Assembly: GCF_006345805.1 (NCBI RefSeq)
Contig: NW_021827284.1
Location: 1 to 10,892 of the forward strand
Length of the DNA stretch: 10,892 bases
Direction: 5' to 3'
DNA from: Octopus sinensis
Lineage: Eukaryota
Part shown: piece by piece, positions 1-7,819 of the stretch
Numbering within the stretch: the first letter of the stretch is position 1
Layout: every line of letters begins with the position of its first letter
Notes under the pieces: model-generated
Told to the model about the DNA's origin: nothing
Seen by the model: the letters and a program-made list of their open reading frames with translations, nothing else
The model's database searches: none
Translations under genes and position numbers: made by a program

Positions 1-306
1 AATCTGGATGGTTTTATATTTACAGATATTTATTAGTAGTTACATGTTTTTATAAATCATATATCATATATCAGCGCTTTCGTCCACTCTAGTGGAGTTG
101 TCAAATTGAACTTTTGCAGGAAGTTTACTCATTTTATAGCACTATTGAGTGTGTAGGGGTGGGGTGTATAAAAAGAGTAAAAATTCCTGCAAAAGTTCAA
201 TTTGACAACTCTACTAGAGTGGACGAAAGCGTTGATATATGATATATGATTTATAAAAACATGCAACATGCTAATAAATATCTGTAATTATAAAACTATC
301 CAGATT
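1..306. repeat. Long inverted repeat (fold-back hairpin): arms 1-138 and 167-306, 28-bp spacer
   Basis: Left arm aatctggatggttttata...cgctttcgtccactctagtggagttgtcaaattgaacttttgcaggaa...tttactcattttata is the reverse complement of the right arm tataaaaagagtaaaaattcctgcaaaagttcaatttgacaactc...ataaaactatccagatt, with about 10 differences (substitutions plus 2 small indels) by manual alignment. The left arm starts at base 1, so it may extend beyond the window. Confidence 0.95.
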
Positions 307-362
307 CTGAGTACCTCATTTCTTCTAATATATAATACCTGTACATCATCTCCAAGCCTTCA

Positions 363-372
363 ATATATATAT

Positions 373-426
<54 letters not shown>
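363..426. repeat. (TA)n microsatellite
   Basis: Near-perfect TA dinucleotide run, directly visible. Confidence 0.97.
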
Positions 427-678
427 TTTATAGGTAATATATAGGCCACAGTTTGACTAATAGTCACAATAATAGCCTCAATAAATTAAAAAAAACTAGA
501 CAAATTCTATGAAGCTAGAAAGAATGTGAGCAATAAAAATAATAACCAACCAAGTAACAGAGCTAAGCCCACCACGAACGCAGCGCCTCCTGCTAACTTA
601 GATGTAGACCTCAATAATAATAGCCCCCTCCCCACACACACACAGTACAACACGAACGCAGATATACCTAATCATTTA

Positions 679-1120
679 TGTGGCTGCAGTGATAGAACAA
701 AGTGAAATTTCTCAAATAGATGCAAGACAAATAACGTAGTTTACAAATGTGACATGCACACAAATAACCAGACGAAATCATACATAGGCGCCACTAAAAA
801 CCAAATGATTCTTAGATATAATGCACATCAATCGAGCTTCAGATATAAGTGTAGGGCCAACTCAACAGGGCTCAGTACATACATTTGGGAACTTACGGAT
901 AAAAAATAGATTATAGTTTAAACTGGTGTATACTCGCAAAACAACCCCGTACAACACCACCAGTAGACGCTGCGATCTTTGTTTATCAGAACGCCTCGCT
1001 ATACGTACGGCTAAGCAAACCCTCCTAAACAGGAAATTTGAGAACAACTTCTTGTGTCTTCATGTGGGCCTTTATGTCTTTTCAAAATACGGTAAATTAA
1101 TAGCACAGTCATCTATATAA
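679..1120 (+). pseudogene. Degenerate PLE GIY-YIG endonuclease domain
   Basis: Manual translation: CGCSDRTK*NFSNRCKTNNVVYKC (679-750), YIGAT (781-795), RYNAHQSSF (814-840), NSTGLSTYIWEL, frameshift at the A-run ~901-907, IDYSLNWCILAK, frameshift ~939-941, then TTPYNTTSRRCDLCLSE (E 989-991), LLNRKFE, CLH. This fits the PLE pattern CxC..C..C..VVY..YIG..RY..H..SF..LS.YIW..CxLCLxE..LN..E..CxH. One in-frame TGA and 2 frameshifts. Confidence 0.9.
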
Positions 1121-1634
1121 GTCTAATTAGCTGGGAACCACCTTAAACACTAACGCATAAACAGTCACCCGGCAAACCTACTCGCCTAATACATTACAGG
1201 GCCCCTTCTAATACTAAGAACTTCCTAAACTCTAGCCATAATATAATTTATAGCCATAATACAATTTTAAACCACCCAACCTAGTCTAATAACTGGTATG
1301 AGTTAGCTCCCTTTTCACCGTAATTTAAAGTTAACCTCCTTCACTTACACCGCCGGTGACTAGAACTCAACGCGGATTTAAACCAATTTAATACACACGT
1401 GCGAAAAAAATGTGCTTAGTCAAACTCAGAACCCCACACCAAAATAATATACACCCCACTCTAATTGCCCAACGGAACAATAAACTAAGCAATCTACTGC
1501 AATGAAACCTCTCCCCAGCGAAATAACCAGCTCAAGAACAAAATTTAATGTAAGACTTACAAACTTTGCCTCTATTACCATCACATGTGTATCAATTATT
1601 TTCGCATACTGACCGATGTGTCAATCTATTTTTC

Positions 1635-1685
1635 GTATTCTGAAGAGATTTACTAAAACTAGTAAATTGAAACGATCGTAAATGC
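1635..1685 (+). ncRNA. Minimal type I hammerhead ribozyme (predicted cleavage after A1680, GUA triplet)
   Basis: Stem I GUAUU(1635-39)/AAUGC(1681-85); core CUGAAGA (1640-46); stem II G-AUUUACUA(1647-55)/UAGUAAAU-U(1660-68) with loop AAAC; GAAA (1669-72); short stem III A-C/G-U closing the palindromic CGAUCG; cleavage triplet GUA (1678-80). The short palindromic stem III is the known hallmark of PLE-associated minimal hammerheads. Confidence 0.85.
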
Positions 1686-1788
1686 TACCTTCTTCTTTGC
1701 TTCCTTCTTCTTTGTTACCTAATTGAATTATGGCATACAAGCGAAAAACGACGAGTTTCCCCTTGTTAGTTACGTCCATTTTCTTTCG

Positions 1789-1807
1789 TATATATATATA
1801 TATATAT

Positions 1808-1876
<69 letters not shown>

Positions 1877-1881
1877 GCACA

Positions 1882-1915
<34 letters not shown>

Positions 1916-1942
1916 TATATATACATATATACATACATATAT
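1789..1942. repeat. Compound (TA)n/(CA)n microsatellite
   Basis: TA run followed by a CA run and further TA units, directly visible. Confidence 0.97.
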
Positions 1943-2097
1943 GGACACATGCATGCACTGACTTAAGTGTTCATTCTTAAAATTCTCCAACAGATTCGAA
2001 CGTATGTTAATCGCTGCTGCCCTTCCTCATTGAAGAATTTCTTTGAAAAAAATGTATGTTCATAATACATACACTCATTTCATTAGCTTAAGGAGAT

Positions 2098-2143
2098 TTT
2101 GGGACATCCGATGTTTCGACATTGTTGTACCACCTCAGGCAAA
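2098..2143 (-). ncRNA. Degenerate type I hammerhead ribozyme motif
   Basis: Minus strand: uuug-c-CUGAGGU-ggua-caacaa-uguc-GAAA-cau-cgg-aug-UC-c-caaa. Core has A9->U; stem II is weak (2 G-U pairs); stem III is good (ACAU/AUGU); triplet GUC; stem I is 4 bp with a C-C mismatch next to the core. Confidence 0.5.
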
Positions 2144-2534
2144 GGCAGCCAGCCCGGCATCACGAATCTAAACAAAAGTTTGTGACCCTTGTTTATAACT
2201 TCAATTAAAAATTATTTGCTGATTTGTGCTGATATTTGCCAATTCCTAATGACCAAGTGCAGGCAAACTGCAAGAATAAAAGCGAAGAGTTACATATTCG
2301 TCCTTTAATGCTTTTTTCTTTATACATTTCTCTTGATATAAATGCAACTTCACTGAATCTTATTTCAATATTTCCAACTGTATACGTGTGCATGTGCCCA
2401 TATACGTACATGTATATATGCTTGTTTGCATATGTGTGAGTGCCTGTACGTGTAGAATAAATGCCTTGAAAAGTATAGTTGTGTATATGCGTTTTCACAA
2501 AAGTTTGTATGAGCATACACACTTATACATGCAG

Positions 2535-2603
2535 ACACACACACACACACACACACGCACACACACACACATACACTCACACATACACACACTCACACAC
2601 ACA
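2535..2603. repeat. (CA)n microsatellite
   Basis: Interrupted CA run, directly visible. Confidence 0.95.
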
Positions 2604-2786
2604 TAAATCTGCATCGTAAATGTGATGATAAATTCGCGTTTTAACTTTAAAAGGCCGTCGCGTGTCTATTTTTACACGCATTTAACACTCCCTATTTATT
2701 TCTATTGATGTCAAAGTACACGCACGTGTGTATATATGAATGTATGTATGAATGCAACATCGTATTTAATGTATATGTTAGTTATG

Positions 2787-2815
2787 ATGTGTGTGTGTGT
2801 GTGTGTGTGTGTGTT
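2787..2815. repeat. (GT)n microsatellite
   Basis: GT run, directly visible. Confidence 0.95.
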
Positions 2816-3403
2816 TGTTTGTGTCTGTTTGTCCATGTGTAACATTTGGTGGTCACAGTCAAGCTAGTTCGATACGTGGCTGCACGAATCTGCATTCTAG
2901 CCACACAACTGTGAGCGGACACTCAGATTGGCTGACAAACATTTTCATTGCTGCCAACACGCGCAGTTCATTGTCACGTGATGCATGCAATTTCTGTCAC
3001 GTGTCCTTTATGGCTCTCAACACTATTAGATTGATATCGTTGCAGATATGTGTGTGAATGACTGTCTGTGTGTGTATGTGTGCGCATGTGTGTGCAAGTG
3101 TTAGAATGTTATGTGTGTATATCAGAGGAAGAGCGTGTGTGCGCTTGTTCGTGTCTATGTGTGTGTTGACCATATTGTATGTAGGTGTATATATCTATCA
3201 GGGTATATCTATGATTGTTGGTGAATGTTTGCCAATGTTAGATTATGTGTATAATGTGTGCGTTTATGAGTGTGCGTGTATACGGGTGCATCTGACGAGG
3301 TAGGATTACTATGTGGTTGTATATGTGTTCGTAGCGTGTGATGTGTGCACTAAGATGTATGTATACACATTCTGTAGGGATTTCCATGTATGTGTATGCG
3401 TGT

Positions 3404-3449
<46 letters not shown>

Positions 3450-3557
3450 GAACATATATACATATATACATACATACATGCATACATACATGCATACAAA
3501 CTTGTTTATACACACACACATTATATATATATAATATATATATATTACCATATATAC

Positions 3558-3638
<81 letters not shown>
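3404..3638. repeat. Compound (TA)n/(TACA)n/(GT)n microsatellite
   Basis: Directly visible; accounts for several spurious Y/I/H-rich ORFs. Confidence 0.95.
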
Positions 3639-3768
3639 ATAAATATCTTATTTGTGAATCAAGGCTACCATTAGTTTCATGATAAAAAAGTAGCAACATG
3701 TCCTAGTGTCTTAACATTTTTCAAGCCGATCACATGGAGAAAAGAGTTCGCATCTATTTAAGAAAATA

Positions 3769-3844
3769 GTATATATATATATATGTATATATACATATCT
3801 ATTCATATATATATACACATATATACATCTTATATACATACATA

Positions 3845-3899
<55 letters not shown>

Positions 3900-3929
3900 T
3901 ATATATATATAGATTTTTTTTTTTTTTTT
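3769..3929. repeat. (TA)n microsatellite followed by a poly-T run
   Basis: Directly visible. Confidence 0.95.
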
Positions 3930-3944
3930 CAGAATGAAATAAAA

Positions 3945-4197
3945 AAACAAGGCTGTGAGGATTTTAGAACATCTATAGAACGTCTTACTGCTGTTTCCAG
4001 GATATTTATTATATCCCTTCATCGGAGACGGTGTGAGAAAATGGTTCAGTTCTGCATTTTTGATTGTCGTGGAAGAAAGCCTTCCATCCCATTCTTCGGA
4101 TGAGATCCTAAGTTTTGGTAAGGAGGAGTAAGAGGAAAGTCTTTTGTGAAGGAATAGGTGTGTCCTTAAGAGAAATGCCAAGGAATTGTTTATCCAT
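3945..4197 (-). pseudogene. N-terminal fragment of a Penelope-like element ORF
   Basis: From ATG at 4197-4195 (minus): MDKQFLGISLKDTPIPSQKTFLLLLLTKT*DLIRRMGWKAFFHDN...QQ*DVL*MF*N. This matches the recalled PLE N-terminal pattern SLKNIPIP..K.Y...LI.K.E..I.RMRWKAFF...FE.DL..M..N. Several stops (first at 4110-4108). It is in a different frame from the supplied ORF 3846..4181. Confidence 0.7.
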
Positions 4198-4365
4198 TAC
4201 TGAGATAAGTGCTTACAATAGCGAGAAATGGAGGTTATGGTGTAAGTAAGACTCCTTATTCGCATAATCCCCGAACCTGGAGCTTAACTGTGGTCTATCC
4301 ATAGCACTTACTCAGCCTTACCTGACACCTTTGGGTCTTACTGACACCATTACCTCTCATAACCT

Positions 4366-4367
<2 letters not shown>

Positions 4368-4408
<41 letters not shown>
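4368..4408. repeat. (TA)n microsatellite
   Basis: Directly visible. Confidence 0.97.
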
Positions 4409-4412
<4 letters not shown>

Positions 4413-4514
4413 TGTGCATTACTTCTCTTTCTAATTTTAATTTACAGTTAAATTTGAGCAGTCATTTACTTTCTTGGTTGCAAAGTTGTGAAGGAAGTCA
4501 TCTTGTTTTCCGTT

Positions 4515-4918
4515 TCTTTTTCTTACTTGTTTTAGTCATAAAACTGCTGCCATGCTGGAGCACCGCGTAGAAGAATTCTAATTGAACGATCAGCTCAGCA
4601 CTGATAGGTTTTAAACTCTGGTTCTTATTCTTTCTAGTTGAAATGGCAAGTTACGGGAACGTAAACATACTAACACCTGTTGTCAAGCAAAGACACAAAG
4701 ACATACACACACACACACACACACACACACTACGCACACGCACATACACACGCACATACACATACACAGCACACACATGTATACGATGGGCTTCTTTTCA
4801 GTTTCTGTGTACCAAATCCACTCACAAGTCTTTCGTAGAGCGGAGCTATAGTAGAAGATATTTGCCCAAAGTGCTACGCAGTGGGACTGAACCCGGAACC
4901 ATACAGCCACGTATGCGC
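4515..4918 (-). mobile_element. tRNA-derived CORE-like SINE (octopus type) with internal (CA)n tract
   Basis: Minus-strand head: A-box remnant gtggctgt (4910-4903), B-box ggttccgggttcagtcccac (4900-4881), CORE-like ttgggcaaatatcttctactatag. Internal microsatellite ~4704-4777. 3' tail gcggtgctccagcatggcagcagttttatgactaaaacaagtaagaaaaaga. Family assignment is from recalled consensus, not a search. Confidence 0.85.
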
Positions 4919-5066
4919 TTTTCAATCTTTCGGAGGTCTTTCGGATTTTTTGTTCCTTGATATCGTGATCATTTGTAGTTTATGAATTAAGGAATAACCT
5001 TCTCTCTTCAAGAATCGAAGTTCAACCCAGGCGGCTTGCTGTGCATCCTGGTTCTCGAATAAGTGA

Positions 5067-5235
5067 AGGCACGTGGATTAGTGGTTACGGCGACGTTCTT
5101 GCGATCCATAGATCACGGTGTCGATTCCGTGACCGGCTGTGCATTGTGTTCTCGAGCGCAAAGCACTTCATTTCTCCTGATCCAGTCCGCACGACTGTAT
5201 ATGGGTGACAGAATGTCGTACAAGGATGAGAAGGT
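5067..5235 (+). mobile_element. Degenerate tRNA-derived SINE (second family)
   Basis: A-box tggattagtgg (5074-5084), B-box-like ggtgtcgattcc (5117-5128), then gcattgtgttctcgagcgcaaagcacttcatttc, resembling a CORE-type segment. The 3' boundary is uncertain. Confidence 0.6.
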
Positions 5236-5307
5236 GACTCAGAAGAATCACCCGAACCGAGGTCTCCCGAGCCATGTTTTTTTATTCAGCAACCGAAATG
5301 AAAAATA

Positions 5308-6594
5308 TTGGGTTGGCAACTAAGTTCCCGCGGTTTTTTTTAAATTTTGGAATTTATTGCGTTTTTAAATTTTGGAATCTATTTTTTCGAGAATTCTATT
5401 TTTGAATCATTTTGAAATCTGTTTTGTTTTTTTTTTCTAGTTAATTTTTGTTTATTTTAAGATCATTAAAACGGAATGTCAAGTTAAGAAAAACGAGCAT
5501 TTTTGACACCTCCTTTTTGCTTTTAATCAAGATTCTAAGGCCGCAAAAGCTGCTCGGGACATTTGTGCTGTATATGGAGAGGGTGCCATAGATGAAAGAA
5601 CCGCTCCTGATTTGAATGCCAAGTGCAAAAATGGAAATTTTGACCTGAAAGACACACCTCGTTCTGGCCGTCCAGTTGAGTTCGATGAAGAGCGATTAAA
5701 CCAACTTTTGCACAAAAATTCTCACCAGACGACAAGGGAACTGTCAGAGAAAATGGAACGCTCCCACACTGCTATAGAAAAGCATCTTCACTCGACGGGA
5801 AAGGTTCAGAATTATGGAGCATGTGTTCCGCATGCTTTAAGTGACAACAACAAAAATCAACAAGCCACAATCTCTGCTGGTTTGCTTTCTAGTCACCACT
5901 CAACTCATGGACACAAGCAACGATTTCTTTACCGAATCGTTACTGGTGACGAAAAATGGTGACTGTGCATCAATATGAAGCAGCGTAAGGAATAGCATAG
6001 CCCCCGGTAAACAAGCGACACCGCGTGTGAAACAAGATCTTCATCCGCGTAAAACGATGTTGTGCGTATGGTGGGACTGGGAAGGGATTATCCATTACGA
6101 ATTGTTTGAACAGAACCAAACAGTCAACATGGAACTCTATGTTCAGCAGATGGAACGACTCAACACGGCTATTCAAGAGAAAAGACCTAATCACCAGCAT
6201 GGGGTTCTTGTGCTGCACGACAACGCCCGCTCTCATATCGCCAATATGACCAAGGAAGCCATTCAAACGCATGGCGGGGAAGTGTTGCCATATCCGCTGT
6301 ACTCTTCTGATTTGGCACCAACGGATTTCCACCTCTTTCGATATCTTTCAAATGCTATGCGCGGAGTTTCGTCCAATACTGATGCAGAATTGAGAGCTTG
6401 GTTGGATCAATTTTTCGAGTCGAAATCAGGTGATTTCTGCCAACGAGGTATTGAAAATCTTGTTGAACGTTGGGAAAAAGTTGTAAACAACAAGGGTGAA
6501 TACATTATTGATTAATTAGTTGTTATTTTTTTTATTAAACCTTTTAAAAATTTAAATAAAAAAAAAAACGGTGGGGACTTAGTTGCCAACCCAA
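5308..6594 (+). mobile_element. Full-length mariner (DD34D, Hsmar1/cecropia-like) DNA transposon, non-coding
   Basis: Left TIR ttgggttggcaactaagttcccgcggtttt (5308-5337). Right TIR (6565-6594) reverse complement is ttgggttggcaactaagtccccaccgtttt (3 mismatches). TA TSDs at 5306-5307 and 6595-6596. Length 1287 bp. Confidence 0.96.
5471..6515 (+). pseudogene. Mariner transposase pseudogene
   Basis: Start codon appears mutated (ACG 5471). Motifs: PRSGRP, CVPHAL (from WVPHEL), TGDEKW, HDNARSH, YSSDLAPTDFHLF, with exactly 34 residues between the 2nd and 3rd catalytic D. Stops at 5504-06, 5960-62 and 5993-95; +1 frameshift in the C-run 6001-6005; terminal TAA 6513-15. Confidence 0.96.
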
Positions 6595-6818
6595 TATTAC
6601 AAATCCTAGCGAGAATCTCGATTGGTTGCGGTTGTTTGTTTCCCCCTCCTGTGTTTTTCCAACCACATTTGTGTCCAACTGGTTTCCCCAACAAAGCATG
6701 CTTTTTCCTTGTGATCCCACACAACGACATCTAAGCCAATTCTGTTTTCACTTTGTGAAGGTTTCAATTTTTAAGTTCCACTAATATTCTTTCGATCTTT
6801 TAGTCTCAAAATAGTTGA

Positions 6819-6852
6819 TGTATGTATGTATGTATATATGTATGTATGTATG

Positions 6853-6884
<32 letters not shown>

Positions 6885-6923
6885 CATGCATGAATATATG
6901 TATGTATGTATGCATGTATGTAT
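6819..6923. repeat. (TATG)n microsatellite
   Basis: Directly visible. Confidence 0.95.
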
Positions 6924-6994
6924 TTATAAAAACCCACATATATAATACTGTTGTCTTTAGACTATTTGACTCAATGAATATAGATTAAGAATTG

Positions 6995-7098
6995 GGAGAG
7001 AGAAAGAGAGAACCTGAGCGAGGGAGAGGGAGGAAGAGAGAGAGCGCGAGGGAGGGAGAGAGAGAGAGAAAGAGAAAGAGAGAAAAAGAGAGACAGAG

Positions 7099-7134
<36 letters not shown>
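6995..7134. repeat. (GA)n-rich polypurine tract
   Basis: Directly visible. Confidence 0.95.
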
Positions 7135-7136
<2 letters not shown>

Positions 7137-7326
7137 AAGGCAAATTATTGAAAGTGATAGCAAGACAATCATTGTTCTATCTATTTCACTCACTAAGGGT
7201 GCGCGCATCCGTGCGTGAGTACGCCTGTGCGCGTGCGAGTCCGGAATTTCGCTGGATCCAATGGTAATATAGGACAAGGTGAGTGGGGAGGCACAAACTG
7301 AAAGGATACATGTTAAGAAATCATTG

Positions 7327-7327
<1 letters not shown>

Positions 7328-7363
<36 letters not shown>

Positions 7364-7378
7364 CAACAACAACAATAA
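7328..7378. repeat. (ATA)n/(ACA)n trinucleotide microsatellite
   Basis: Directly visible. Confidence 0.95.
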
Positions 7379-7819
7379 TGAACAGTTTAGAAATCTTCTG
7401 AACTTGATCTTTTGTTTTTGTGACACGTGACCCTTTCCGTTTAATGGCTGCATTAAAACAGCCAACAAGAGGATGACACCAACAACAAATATCTTCAATA
7501 TTTTCACAGTCATTTCCTGATTCTTTGAAATTCTTTGAGTAATGACGATCAGACGGAAGGCTGTTATATTTCATATCGTATTATATTATATTTCACTATA
7601 TGATATGATATGATATAATAATAAAATATAATATATTATAACATAATATAGTATAATATTTGATGTAGCATATTGTATTATATTCAGCCGAGCGGCTAAT
7701 TGCAAGGCCGGTGATTGTCCAGGCATTGGTTGTCAATATGAGCGGCGGCGGATTCCGTCTTTGCATGCGCTTGGCACTGAGTGCATAATTCTGACTTGCA
7801 TTTCTTTCTCATATGAAAA

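Larger units (their letters stand above)
428..1788 (+). mobile_element. 5'-truncated Penelope-like retroelement (C-terminal GIY-YIG type): end of RT/EN linker, endonuclease, 3' non-coding region with hammerhead
   Basis: Contains a SHNNSL motif (~462-479) resembling the HNxKIL linker motif, a CxC-rich linker, a GIY-YIG domain and a minimal hammerhead ~515 nt downstream of the stop codon. Bounded on both sides by (TA)n tracts (363-426, 1789 onward). Boundaries are inferred from the microsatellite edges. Confidence 0.8.

Noticed and set aside
154-166. G-runs in the hairpin spacer as a G-quadruplex
   Set aside because: Only two G4 runs; insufficient for an intramolecular quadruplex.
1498-1540. 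ATGA...AAA...GA spacing suggestive of a SECIS
   Set aside because: The segments that should form helix II do not base-pair.
1592-1620. ttttcgcatactgaccga, resembling the 5' half of the adjacent hammerhead
   Set aside because: Looks like a degenerate local duplication; it has no stem II or GAAA of its own, so it is not a second ribozyme.
1723-1990. Overlapping ORFs rich in Y/I/H/T/C/V (also at 2365-2606, 3238-3674, 4331-4570, 9788-10102, 10446-10885)
   Set aside because: Stop-free translations of (TA)n, (CA)n and (TACA)n microsatellites; no protein signal.
2205-2290. Minus-strand acceptor-like ttcgcttttattcttgcag followed by a short open frame
   Set aside because: No recognisable protein or partner exon; such acceptors are common by chance in AT-rich DNA.
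3846-4181. Supplied 111-aa minus-strand ORF
   Set aside because: Wrong frame: the PLE-like motifs lie in a different, stop-interrupted frame starting at 4197.
4881-5128. A/B boxes as tRNA genes
   Set aside because: No cloverleaf can be folded; the boxes belong to SINE heads.
5527-6332. Minus-strand ORFs over the mariner
   Set aside because: Antisense shadows of the transposase reading frame.
6957-7574. Longest ORF (205 aa, minus) with an apparent hydrophobic poly-Ile stretch
   Set aside because: Poly-I and LS repeats come from the (ATA)n and (GA)n tracts; no recognisable domain.
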